This document shows, one piece after another, positions 30,372 through 40,068 of a stretch of DNA of 64,000 nt. The position numbers and the translations under genes were made by a program. How positions within the stretch are numbered: the first letter of the stretch is position 1; every line of letters starts with the position of its first letter. Under the pieces are notes generated by a model that did no database searches, was not told where the DNA came from, and worked only from the letters and a program-made list of their open reading frames with translations. Where the stretch lies: IMG/VR virus record IMGVR_UViG_3300030503_000396. The stretch is one strand, 5' to 3'. Origin of the DNA: an uncultured virus (IMG/VR IMGVR_UViG_3300030503_000396) (Duplodnaviria; Heunggongvirae; Uroviricota; Caudoviricetes).

Positions 30372-31051
30372 GCGCAGTTTTTATAGGTGGTGCTACTGCG
30401 GTAGCAGGATTGGGTTTAAAAGCATACGAGGGTCTACACCAAGACCACGAAGCTAATCAAATTCAAAAAAATCTCAAAGACCCGACCTACAATATCCCCG
30501 CCGAGTTTCTTCAAAATAAGAATATTGCAGCACAAATGGCACAAATTGGCATGCCTCAACAGCAATACAACAACGCCACCAATCAGATACAAGCAAATCA
30601 GGCAGCGGCAATAGCAGCGGCAAGTAATTCCAATAACCCAAGTGGCGCAATAGCCAAGATACAAGGGCAAACCAATGCAGCTACTGGAAACCTAAACGCA
30701 GAGGACGCAGCGGCAAGGCAGAATAATCAACGTTATTCATTACAGCAAAATGCAGCCTATGGCGATCAGGAATTAGCTAAACAGCAAAACGATGTGTTCG
30801 ATAAGTATACCCGTAATTTCAATTTAATGCAGGCTTATCGTGGTGCAGGAACACAAAACTTAATGGGTGCTGCAAGTGATGCTACAAGCTTGGCAGGAAC
30901 GGCTATATCGGCTTATGCAGGACAGGGTCAAACTCCTACTTTCGGGCAGGCTTATGGGCTACCTAATTTGCAAGCATCTGCCCCTCAATTTACGCCGCCT
31001 GCCTCTAATCCGCCACAAGGAACTATCCCTTATTATCAAATTGCACAGTAA
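30368..31051 (+). CDS. Internal virion/ejection protein (pilot-like)
   Basis: Hydrophobic Gly/Ala N-terminus and Q/A/N-rich helices. Confidence 0.65.
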   Translation: MSAVFIGGATAVAGLGLKAYEGLHQDHEANQIQKNLKDPTYNIPAEFLQNKNIAAQMAQIGMPQQQYNNATNQIQANQAAAIAAASNSNNPSGAIAKIQGQTNAATGNLNAEDAAARQNNQRYSLQQNAAYGDQELAKQQNDVFDKYTRNFNLMQAYRGAGTQNLMGAASDATSLAGTAISAYAGQGQTPTFGQAYGLPNLQASAPQFTPPASNPPQGTIPYYQIAQ

Positions 31052-32544
31052 TGGGTGTAGGAAATCTTCATATAGGCGAAAATATTGGGGGCGCACAAAT
31101 ATTCCCTCAATCTCCCGGTGTACAACAATTCGCTAATATCGTAGCTACGCAAAAAGCGAAGCGTGATGCAGATAATAAGTACCTTAACGACACACTCGCC
31201 TCATTCGACCCGACAGGCTTACGTAACGATGCGGACAGGCAGGATGCGTATAAACAATATTCCGATTGGAAACAACAGGCTATTGATGCGGAGAACGAAC
31301 GTGATCCACGTAAAAAGGCTATGGCAATTGCGCAGGTTAGGGACGGGATAGGAAGGTTAAATGCTTTTGTTGGGCAGAGTAAGAAACAGGGGCAATTAGA
31401 GCAATCTATTGGTTTAGACCTGATGAAAAATAGGCATAATTATTCTGATGACAGCATTGATAAGTATAAACAAAGTGTACAGTCGGGTATCAATAGCGGA
31501 AGCGTGATTACATCCCCCCTTGATATTGAGCGAAAAGTTGATCCAGATAAAATGGATGCTGATTATAAAAAGTTCAAAGAAAGCGTTATCGCACCAACAC
31601 AATGGGACAATGGCAAACTTGTAGGTACACAAAATCTACCTGATGGACGTTCGGTATATCATACCGAACAGAATCGTGGCGTACTTATGGACGGAGAAAA
31701 TGGGGCATTTCATAATATGCTAAATTACACATCTGCCCATGATGACTTTAAAAAAGGTCTACAAGATAGATACCCGCAATTGCAAGGCAATAGCGAAGCC
31801 GAAACGAATGCGATGCGTGTCAGGCAGTATATGACCGATATGGGGGATAGTAAAGGCTTTCAGGATAAACCCAAACCGGGAAGTTATGAAAGTCCTGCAC
31901 CGGAAAGACCTGTTAGACCGTCATTTGATGATATACAGTACCATAACAAATATGGCACATGGCCTGTAAAAACAGATACAAGCCAACCAACACCTGCACA
32001 GCAGTTGATACAAAATATGCAAACAGGGCAGGCTGGTAGCGGAGAGAAGTTGTTGGATTTAGCCCCTAAAGGACAATACGGGACTAATAAACCACATATA
32101 ACTATTGACCCTAACACAGGTGAACATGTATTTAGTTTCCCTGCCCATATAGACCAAAAAGCGGTTGCTGAAAATGCTGATAAAAAAGCAAAATGGGCTA
32201 AAGAAAATCCGGGTGAGCCTTATGATGAAAATGACGGCGGTAAATTAAAACCTGAAACCATTGCACCTGCTAAAGTTTATAAAATAAATCCGGCAGGCAA
32301 TGACTACGCAGCACAAACAGCGCAAATGGCGGCAGAACAAAATATTAATTTGGATAGGTTGAATAAGATTGAAAAGGGACAGCAGGGAAATGTGAAACCT
32401 GCTAAACAATCACAACACACCGAACAGCAACAAAGCGGCACAAAGATAAATTTCAAGACAAAAGACGGAAGGATATTCGCTATACCATTTAACAGGCAAA
32501 GGGAGTTTAGACAACAATTTCCTGATGCACAAATACAACAATAA
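31051..32544 (+). CDS. Internal virion/ejection protein
   Basis: Position and composition. Confidence 0.6.
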   Translation: MGVGNLHIGENIGGAQIFPQSPGVQQFANIVATQKAKRDADNKYLNDTLASFDPTGLRNDADRQDAYKQYSDWKQQAIDAENERDPRKKAMAIAQVRDGIGRLNAFVGQSKKQGQLEQSIGLDLMKNRHNYSDDSIDKYKQSVQSGINSGSVITSPLDIERKVDPDKMDADYKKFKESVIAPTQWDNGKLVGTQNLPDGRSVYHTEQNRGVLMDGENGAFHNMLNYTSAHDDFKKGLQDRYPQLQGNSEAETNAMRVRQYMTDMGDSKGFQDKPKPGSYESPAPERPVRPSFDDIQYHNKYGTWPVKTDTSQPTPAQQLIQNMQTGQAGSGEKLLDLAPKGQYGTNKPHITIDPNTGEHVFSFPAHIDQKAVAENADKKAKWAKENPGEPYDENDGGKLKPETIAPAKVYKINPAGNDYAAQTAQMAAEQNINLDRLNKIEKGQQGNVKPAKQSQHTEQQQSGTKINFKTKDGRIFAIPFNRQREFRQQFPDAQIQQ

Positions 32545-34625
32545 TGCCACAAGACGATTGGAGTCAATACGAAGTAAAAACACCTGCTAAAACTGCACCA
32601 CAGCAGAATGATTGGGATCAGTATGAGGTAAAAAAAAAAGCTTCTACACCCGTTTTACCATCTACGCCTCCCTCATCCATCAATGGCTTAAACAATTTCC
32701 AAAATTTCCCCCCGCTTACTAATTCCCCTGTTACCGACCCAAAGGAGCGAGGTAGGTTAAACGAACAGGATAACGCCTATGCGCAAGCTCAACAGCAGCA
32801 CAGGGATGAACTATCGGCACGTTTAGATGAAAATATAAATCAACTCAACCCGGAGGCTAAAGCAGCTATGCAAAAGGCAAAGGATATTATTGCCCCATCA
32901 GCCGAAATATTTCAAACTCCCAAAGATGTAGAAGACCATTATAAGTTCATGCAAACACCGATGGGTAAAACGTTAGGCACCGTAGCTTATTTGGGAAGCA
33001 AGGCAACCAAAGGCTCATTAGATGTTTTAAAGGGTGCTGCACATTTAGCTAATTTAGCTACTAATCCATCAGGGGCAATAACAGGCTTCGACCCAACAAA
33101 AGATACGTTTGACAAACTTGATAAATTAGCTAATTACGGGCTAACGCAGGCCGATCAGGATAGGATGGAGAAAGGTACGGGTGGGCGCATATTGTCTACC
33201 GCAGGCATGATGGCAGAATTTGCCCCGGCTGTTGCAGGTGGTGAAGCCGCAGATGCGCCAAAAGCTATGATGTATTTGCAAGGTTTGGGTCAGGGTAGTG
33301 ATTTGGCTAATAAACTTAACATATCCAATCCTGTTGCCAAAGAAGCATTAATACAAGGGTCAGGTGTGGTAAACCTACTATTAACGGATGTTTTTAACGG
33401 GGCTAAGGTACCAAATGCAGCAAAATCGACCATTGTGTCAGGAATAGCGGCAGATGCCTTAAAAGATGCGGCGGGGAAGGATATGGAAGTGGGTGCTTTT
33501 AAATCGCTGCTATCAGGTAAGGCGCAAGAGTTCGCCCAAAAGTTTGAACAAGCGCCTATTGAGGCTATGTCACATCACCTTGAAACAGCGAAGACTTTTA
33601 CTAAACTAAATGTAGCTAACTTCGGATTGCATAAAGCAGTTGATGCTTTGAACGACAAGCCCGTATTCAATGAGAATATAGGCGACCTTGCAAGTGGTGA
33701 AATGAAAGCATTAACACAAGATGCACCAATATTTTCTGCTTTGCCCGCTATTGGCGCATTAAGTAAACTATTTCCAAATTCAGGTTATAAAAACGATGTG
33801 GCTGAATCATTAATGAATGACCCATCGGAAAAGAATGTTTCAGACCTTAAGCAAAAACTAACCAAACACGCTCAACAAAATGAGTGGACACCTGAACAAA
33901 CGGATGCTACGTTAAAACATGTTGATGCTATTGCGGATGCAGCGAAAACATTGCCACGCAATATTGCACCCGATAAAAAAGCAGATGCGGTTGATTTGGT
34001 AATGAACCGAAACGACTTACAGGATAGGTTGGCTAAGGTGCAGGCTCAAAAAGAAACCCTCGACCCATCCCTCGCAGACCTGCCAAACGCACAGGAAACT
34101 TATTTATCCGATAAAATCGAACAAGCAAACGATAAATTGCGTAATATTGTTACAGGAGAGCGGACTACATACTCAAAGGGAACAGGTGAAGAGGATGGTA
34201 AGTTTTTCAAAACAACGAATGGCCAGCGGGAAGAAATCGACCCGACCAGATATGAATTAGAAAATTTAGAACGTACATCAAAAACAAATCAAAATGAAAG
34301 TAAGAACACTGGGCGGGAAAGTGGACAGTCCACCGAAGCTGAAAATGAAGGTAAAACCGGGCAAACCGTCGGGGAAAATGAACCCGCAGTACAAGAAAGC
34401 GGGAGCGATGATGAAGGGCGGAAAGAGCTGAATTTAACGGGCGGTGATGAGCCGCCTGTTGTTAAACCACAAGATAATGCCATTCAAGAGCCAAAATATT
34501 CAGACCTTTTTGAAAAATCAGATCCTAAAGATTTATCAAGATTGAAGGACAATTTAAATACGGTAAATATTGAGGCTTATTTGCGTAAATTAGAAAAAAG
34601 TGGTATATTAAAGATTAATTGTTAA
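32544..34625 (+). CDS. Large internal virion/ejection protein
   Basis: DDWSQYEVK N-terminal repeat, Ala-rich helices, acidic linker. Confidence 0.65.
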   Translation: MPQDDWSQYEVKTPAKTAPQQNDWDQYEVKKKASTPVLPSTPPSSINGLNNFQNFPPLTNSPVTDPKERGRLNEQDNAYAQAQQQHRDELSARLDENINQLNPEAKAAMQKAKDIIAPSAEIFQTPKDVEDHYKFMQTPMGKTLGTVAYLGSKATKGSLDVLKGAAHLANLATNPSGAITGFDPTKDTFDKLDKLANYGLTQADQDRMEKGTGGRILSTAGMMAEFAPAVAGGEAADAPKAMMYLQGLGQGSDLANKLNISNPVAKEALIQGSGVVNLLLTDVFNGAKVPNAAKSTIVSGIAADALKDAAGKDMEVGAFKSLLSGKAQEFAQKFEQAPIEAMSHHLETAKTFTKLNVANFGLHKAVDALNDKPVFNENIGDLASGEMKALTQDAPIFSALPAIGALSKLFPNSGYKNDVAESLMNDPSEKNVSDLKQKLTKHAQQNEWTPEQTDATLKHVDAIADAAKTLPRNIAPDKKADAVDLVMNRNDLQDRLAKVQAQKETLDPSLADLPNAQETYLSDKIEQANDKLRNIVTGERTTYSKGTGEEDGKFFKTTNGQREEIDPTRYELENLERTSKTNQNESKNTGRESGQSTEAENEGKTGQTVGENEPAVQESGSDDEGRKELNLTGGDEPPVVKPQDNAIQEPKYSDLFEKSDPKDLSRLKDNLNTVNIEAYLRKLEKSGILKINC
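34294..34431 (+). CDS. Nested +1-frame 45-aa basic protein
   Basis: MKVRTLGGKVDSPPKLKMKVKPGKPSGKMNPQYKKAGAMMKGGKS, preceded by AAAAACAAATCAAA. Confidence 0.55.
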   Translation: MKVRTLGGKVDSPPKLKMKVKPGKPSGKMNPQYKKAGAMMKGGKS

Positions 34626-34627
34626 AA

Positions 34628-35353
34628 ATGTATTTCGTATATAGGCATATTAGACTTGATAAAAATGAACCATTTTATATAGGAATTGGCACAAGACGCT
34701 TTAGGAATAGTTTTGAACAAGATTATCAAAGGGCTTTTAAAAAATCACAACGTACAAGCCGATGGATAAATATTATAAATAAAACTCAATATCGAGTTGA
34801 TATATTAATAGAGAGTGATAATTTGGAGTTGATTTTTCTGAAAGAAAAAGAATTTATAGAACTGTATGGTCGGTCGGATTTAACTAAAGGAACTTTAGTT
34901 AATTTAACAGATGGTGGCGATGGTGGGTTTAATATGGGCACTGAACAAAAAACGGCTATTTCTAATAAAATGATTGGAAATAAAAACGCAGTCGGTTATA
35001 TAGTAACTAACGAACAAAAAAAGATTGTTAGCGAAAGATTTACAGGGAATACAACTTGGAAAGGGCGTAAGCATAAGAATGCTTCCAAATTGCTAATATC
35101 AGAAGCAAAGAAAAATGTTCCACTATCAAAATCTCATAGGGAAAACACTTATAACACAAAGCCACATTCAAAACAAGTGCTTTGTATAAACAATAACATA
35201 AAATATAATTCTATATGCGAATGTGTTCGCCAATTATTTAATTGCCACGAACTGGCGATTCATAAAACATTCAGAAATTATAAACACCAAATTAGTTTTA
35301 TTTGCAATAATAAAAAGGAAAGTTATAAAGGGTATAATTTTAAATTTGTATGA
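34628..35353 (+). CDS. Free-standing GIY-YIG-like homing endonuclease with NUMOD domains
   Basis: YFVYRHIRLDKNEPFYIGIG, EKEFIELYGR, LVNLTDGGDG, KGRKH, KQVLCIN...YNSI...YKGYNFKF; AT-rich. Confidence 0.85.
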   Translation: MYFVYRHIRLDKNEPFYIGIGTRRFRNSFEQDYQRAFKKSQRTSRWINIINKTQYRVDILIESDNLELIFLKEKEFIELYGRSDLTKGTLVNLTDGGDGGFNMGTEQKTAISNKMIGNKNAVGYIVTNEQKKIVSERFTGNTTWKGRKHKNASKLLISEAKKNVPLSKSHRENTYNTKPHSKQVLCINNNIKYNSICECVRQLFNCHELAIHKTFRNYKHQISFICNNKKESYKGYNFKFV

Positions 35354-38139
35354 GTTGCACCGTAAAATATGCAGGTGAGGAAATACCTAAAGAAAAGTTC
35401 ATAAAGGATTTAATATCTAATTTGGATTTATCTGATGAACAGGAAAAAAATAATCAAAAATATCTTAAATCAATAGATTATGCCTTTCAAAAGTCGAGCG
35501 CAGAGAGTCTACCTGTACAGCCAAAAGCCGAAGATAGCGAAGGAGTTTCAAAAGGAAACTCCGAAAGGGAAGAAACTGCCAGTACGGGTGAAGAAAAAGA
35601 AGAAAGACTAACGGGCATCCGAAATGCCGATGTAGCGGAAGAACGGGATGCAAACATAGCCCGTGAACGTAAATCATTTGCCGATATTGACAAAGAGGGC
35701 AAGCGCATGGTTGATAGCGGTGAAACAGACCCTAACGACCTCGCAAAAGATATTATTTCAGGTAAGAAAAAATCCGTAACCGCAGAAGACGAGGCGGCTT
35801 TGCTATATCATAAAACACGGTTGAATAACAGACAAAATGCTATATTAAACGATACCGACCCAACACATAACGCCGAAAATCAAGCCGAATACTCACGTAA
35901 CGAAGACCTACTTGAACAGAACCGAAAGGCTACTGAATTAGCGGGTAATGTTGCAGGGCGGTCATTGGCATACAGGCGACAACTGATGAAATCAGATTAT
36001 TCACTTGCTACACTACTTCGCCGTGCCAAATTATTCAATGGTGGGGAAGATGTAGATGAAGCGACTAAATCCAAATTAGCCGAACACTCAAAACGCATTG
36101 CCAACCTTGAAAATCAACTTGCCGACCGAGAGGAACAAATACGTAAGCTATCTGATAAAAATACCATATCAGAGGTTAAGCGAAATGCCGAATTTGAGGA
36201 TAGGAGAGCCAAGCGAACCACCACCAAAGCATCACTACGTAAAGAACGGGAAGATTTGGTTGCCGAATTGCATACAATCGCACGTAATAGCCTAAAGACG
36301 GCAGGGGCTAATAAGATACCCATTGAGATGTTGCCAACACTTGCTAAGCTCGCCCGTAACTACGTTATGGATGGCGCTGTAAGCATTGCGCAGGTAGCCG
36401 ATAAAATATATAATGAACATTTTAAAGATAAATACGACGGCATACACAGGGACGATGTAGAGGATGCTATTAAAAACGAATTTGATAAGTACCTGCATGA
36501 AAAGAACTTCGAACGGCTTTCCTCAGCAAAGAAACGGCAGGAAACGAAACTTGCCGACCTGAAATCGGGCAACTATGAGAAAAAGGTTTACTCCAAAATA
36601 CAGGTTGATAATGACTACCTGCATATTCGTGCAGAGATAAACAGGGAACAGGCGAAGTTGAATAAGCGGATGGAAGATATTGCCAACTCTAAAAAGGGGG
36701 CTGCTTCAAAAATAGGCAACCTTATTGTAAAATATGGCAGACAGGCAAAGTTGGCATCTGTTACTGTGATTGGTAAATTGGGTCTTGCTGGACTTACAAC
36801 AGCTGGGTTAGAGCCAGTTCAAGAGGGTGTAGGTTGGGGATTTAGCAAGGTATTTAAGAAAATAGCTGATAAATCTTCCTATGAAGGCTCTGTATCTCGA
36901 AAAGAAAATAAGGCAGCAAATGAAATAACAGAGGGCAAATCTGTAAAGAATTTTACCCAAGCCTATGCGAGGGCGGCTACACAAGGGATGAAAGATGCTT
37001 ATGATGAAATTCGTTCATCAAAAGGAAAACAATCAGACATATCCGCATTGTATGGAAAAAATGGCAAACTTCCCGCAGAGGCAGCCGAATTTTTTGGACA
37101 TATCCACTCTGCTATTAAAGCGCCTGTTAAGCGATTTATTTGGGAAAAGTCATACGCCAAAAGACTGGCTAAGGGCATACAGGCTGGCGTGGACATCACA
37201 GACCCTATCATTGATGCAAGATATAGACTGGATGCTTATAAAGATGCGGAAAAGGCTATTTTTATGGGCGACAACCATTTATCAAACGCCTATGAACAAT
37301 CGGTTAAATATTTAGAAACGAGAGATAACCCATACTCTAAGTTTGTTGGAGGGTTGGCGAGGGTTCTATTCCCATTTGTTAAGGTTCCATCAAATATAGC
37401 AGCAGAAACTTTAAGATACTCATTTGGGTTAACAGCAGGGTTAGCCAAAGTCGGGCGCGTATATGCCTCATCGGCTCTAAAAGAAGCAGGTGCTATTAAA
37501 TTAGCGAAATTCATGCATAAGGGTATGGGCGAATTAAGTCCCGACGAGGCTGATATAGTCCTAAAAAATTTAAAACGGGGGAGCGTAGGGGGAGCGGCTT
37601 TAGCGATTGGATTTTTTGCTCCACCTAAAAATATTGGCGGCTATTATCAAAAAGGATATAAAGAAAGCAAGAGCAAAGCTAATCCTGACCAATTCATGAT
37701 AGGAGATGCTAAAATACCTATATGGATGACAGAGCATCCCGTTTTTCAAGCTATGCAAATTGGTGCTACATTTAGGAAATTATTAGATAAAAATTTGAAC
37801 AAGGATGATAGGTTTGAAAGCGCATTTTTAGGGACAGCAAGTGGGGTATCTGAAAACATACCATTAGCAGAAGGCGCTAAACAAATATCAGATGCATTAT
37901 TAAGTGGAAGATCAACTGCTTTTAATAAGTATGTTGGCGATGTTGTAAAAGGGGAAGTAACCCCATCTTTTTTAAATCAGCTTGCAGAGGTTACAGATAC
38001 TAAAAATGGCAGTCCTATAACATTCAGACCCATGAACCAAAATACCCGAAAACCAAATAACAAACAAGGTTTAGGCAAATACCTTAAAGAAGATTTGGAA
38101 ACCGGCGTACCGGGATTAAGGGAGAAAGTGAGCAAATGA
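35350..38139 (+). CDS. Large internal virion/ejection protein
   Basis: 929 aa helical protein; LFPFVKVPSNI motif typical of large ejection proteins. Confidence 0.7.
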   Translation: MSCTVKYAGEEIPKEKFIKDLISNLDLSDEQEKNNQKYLKSIDYAFQKSSAESLPVQPKAEDSEGVSKGNSEREETASTGEEKEERLTGIRNADVAEERDANIARERKSFADIDKEGKRMVDSGETDPNDLAKDIISGKKKSVTAEDEAALLYHKTRLNNRQNAILNDTDPTHNAENQAEYSRNEDLLEQNRKATELAGNVAGRSLAYRRQLMKSDYSLATLLRRAKLFNGGEDVDEATKSKLAEHSKRIANLENQLADREEQIRKLSDKNTISEVKRNAEFEDRRAKRTTTKASLRKEREDLVAELHTIARNSLKTAGANKIPIEMLPTLAKLARNYVMDGAVSIAQVADKIYNEHFKDKYDGIHRDDVEDAIKNEFDKYLHEKNFERLSSAKKRQETKLADLKSGNYEKKVYSKIQVDNDYLHIRAEINREQAKLNKRMEDIANSKKGAASKIGNLIVKYGRQAKLASVTVIGKLGLAGLTTAGLEPVQEGVGWGFSKVFKKIADKSSYEGSVSRKENKAANEITEGKSVKNFTQAYARAATQGMKDAYDEIRSSKGKQSDISALYGKNGKLPAEAAEFFGHIHSAIKAPVKRFIWEKSYAKRLAKGIQAGVDITDPIIDARYRLDAYKDAEKAIFMGDNHLSNAYEQSVKYLETRDNPYSKFVGGLARVLFPFVKVPSNIAAETLRYSFGLTAGLAKVGRVYASSALKEAGAIKLAKFMHKGMGELSPDEADIVLKNLKRGSVGGAALAIGFFAPPKNIGGYYQKGYKESKSKANPDQFMIGDAKIPIWMTEHPVFQAMQIGATFRKLLDKNLNKDDRFESAFLGTASGVSENIPLAEGAKQISDALLSGRSTAFNKYVGDVVKGEVTPSFLNQLAEVTDTKNGSPITFRPMNQNTRKPNNKQGLGKYLKEDLETGVPGLREKVSK
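35480..35611 (+). CDS. Nested +1-frame 43-aa basic protein of the MPFKS type
   Basis: MPFKSRAQRVYLYSQKPKIAKEFQKETPKGKKLPVRVKKKKKD; resembles small phage proteins of pattern MPFKSxAQR...P.AKEF..TP..K.LP. Confidence 0.75.
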   Translation: MPFKSRAQRVYLYSQKPKIAKEFQKETPKGKKLPVRVKKKKKD

Positions 38140-38303
38140 GACTAACCATCGAAACCATCTATTCCATCCACGAAGCAGTAGCATTCACAGAGTTCCCAAA
38201 CGGAGAGCGATTAATCACTATTGCCACCGATAAACAAAAGGCTGTTGTAGATAGTATTTATGAATTATTAAAAGTAAATTTGGGAGATGATGAAAAATCC
38301 TGA
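38136..38303 (+). CDS. 55-aa hypothetical protein (not in track)
   Basis: MRLTIETIYSIHEAVAF...GDDEKS; ATGA overlap. Confidence 0.55.
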   Translation: MRLTIETIYSIHEAVAFTEFPNGERLITIATDKQKAVVDSIYELLKVNLGDDEKS

Positions 38304-38409
38304 AGATTATGAACCAGATGAGGAGTTTAGTGTACCAACAGAGGGGATAGATACATTGGACGACGAATTATGGAGTGACGATGAAACAAGCGATGAATTT
38401 ATGAAATAA
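38287..38409 (+). CDS. 40-aa acidic peptide (not in track)
   Basis: MMKNPEDYEPDEEFSVPTEGIDTLDDELWSDDETSDEFMK; TAATG overlap with the ATP-grasp gene. Confidence 0.6.
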   Translation: MMKNPEDYEPDEEFSVPTEGIDTLDDELWSDDETSDEFMK

Positions 38410-39677
38410 TGGATAAAGTTAACCTTAAGACGAAAGTAGTATGCGTGTATGACGCAGGTTTATTCATGTTCATTTGTGAACGTTTGGCTCGTGACTTCAA
38501 GCATGTATACCTTTTTACAGACTGGAAAAGTGATTACCCAAAATCGCAAGATGATATGATTGGTACTGGCATACCGAATGTAACAAGGGTATCTGATTTT
38601 TGGGAGATAATAGATGAGATAGATTTGTTTGTGTTCCCTGGTCTTTACAATGGGGATATTCAGTTACATCTTGAAAAGTTAGGTAAACGTGTATTCGGAA
38701 GCAGGCAAGGTGACAGGATTGAACGGTTTAGGGGAGAAGCCAATGAGTTATTTAAAAAGTTAGGACTATCGAGGCCAGAAGTAAAAACTGTTATTGGTAC
38801 AAAAGCATTACGTAACCATTTAAAAGAACATGATGATAGGTACGTTAAAATAAATGAGTATCGGGGGGATCACGAAACTTGGCACTCCAAAACATACGAA
38901 GAAAGCGAAGAAACTTTAGATAAAATAGATCAGAAATTAAGTAAATCAAAGCATGATTATGAATTTTTGATTGAAAGTCCTATCAGTGGTAAGGATGTTG
39001 TTGAGTTTGGGTATGATGGGTATTCAATAGATGGGCAGTTCCCTAATAAAACAGTTGTTGGATATGAGAAAAAAGACGTAGCATGGGCTGGTAAGGTAAA
39101 AACATATAAAGAATTTTCACCGCTTATAAAAGAATTTAACGATAAGATATCAAAAACGCTTGCTGATTTTAGATATAGAAATTTTTTTCATACTGAGGGG
39201 AGGTGCGGTAAAGACAAAGATGCTAAGATAATAGACATAACTTGTCGATTTGGTTCTCCACCAAGTGAGGTTATGTGCGAAATGCTATCAAACCTCGATG
39301 AAATAATGTGGTATGGTTCTGAAGGCATACTTATACAGCCTGTATATGAAGCACGATATGGTATCGAAATAATGATCGATAGTTCGGATGCTGAGAATAC
39401 TTGGCAGTCTGTTCGTTATCCAAAAAGTATTAACCGATGGGTGAAGCTAAGGAATTACGCCATTATTAATGATATTCATTGTGTTATACCCAAATACCCA
39501 AACTTTGATAATGTAGGGGCGGTTGTGGCAATAGGGGATAGTTTGGACGATTGTATAGAGAAAGTAAAAAAATATGCAGATCAGGTAAGTGGTAGCAAGA
39601 TTGAAATAAATACTAAATGTATAGGTGAAATTAAAGAGGTTATTGATAAGGGTAAAAAAATAGGCATAGAATGGTAG
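38409..39677 (+). CDS. PurD-like ATP-grasp ligase
   Basis: IDLFVF...VFGS...IER, YVK, FLIESPI, EFGYDG, IIDITCRFGSPP (compare PurD EFNxRFGDPE), VVAIGDSL. Confidence 0.8.
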   Translation: MDKVNLKTKVVCVYDAGLFMFICERLARDFKHVYLFTDWKSDYPKSQDDMIGTGIPNVTRVSDFWEIIDEIDLFVFPGLYNGDIQLHLEKLGKRVFGSRQGDRIERFRGEANELFKKLGLSRPEVKTVIGTKALRNHLKEHDDRYVKINEYRGDHETWHSKTYEESEETLDKIDQKLSKSKHDYEFLIESPISGKDVVEFGYDGYSIDGQFPNKTVVGYEKKDVAWAGKVKTYKEFSPLIKEFNDKISKTLADFRYRNFFHTEGRCGKDKDAKIIDITCRFGSPPSEVMCEMLSNLDEIMWYGSEGILIQPVYEARYGIEIMIDSSDAENTWQSVRYPKSINRWVKLRNYAIINDIHCVIPKYPNFDNVGAVVAIGDSLDDCIEKVKKYADQVSGSKIEINTKCIGEIKEVIDKGKKIGIEW

Positions 39678-39738
39678 TCATTTTTACTCTTGGAATTTCA
39701 TTTTAAATATTTATCTTTATCAAAAAAAGGAGGCAACA

Positions 39739-40068
39739 ATGAATATTTTAGTAGGTCAAAAGAACAATATTTATGTTGCTGCCTTTACGGCATCTACCAA
39801 AACACTTACGATAAGTAACGTTATTAACTTTTCTTTAAATAAGGAAAATCTTGTTAGCGTATATGATTTAACGACATCGGCGGCTTTCAACTTTGAAACG
39901 ACTACTTTTAGCTATGCTTACGTACAGGGACTGCCCGTTTACTCATGGGTATTCGATCAGATACCAGCAGGCGCAGCAAATAGCGATACGCTTAATATCA
40001 TTATCTCTATTCCTGACATATATGCAAACTATAGCGTTCTTCAATATATAGCGGGGGCAACAGTATAA
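39739..40068 (+). CDS. Putative structural protein
   Basis: Beta-rich, T/S/N-rich. Confidence 0.55.
   Translation: MNILVGQKNNIYVAAFTASTKTLTISNVINFSLNKENLVSVYDLTTSAAFNFETTTFSYAYVQGLPVYSWVFDQIPAGAANSDTLNIIISIPDIYANYSVLQYIAGATV

Noticed and set aside
34619..35353. Group I intron splitting a single ejection gene
   Set aside because: No flanking non-coding space for an intron core; the neighbouring genes have their own stop and start
38409..39677. Bona fide purD auxiliary metabolic gene
   Set aside because: Lacks the N-terminal GSGGREH motif of PurD and has no purine-pathway context
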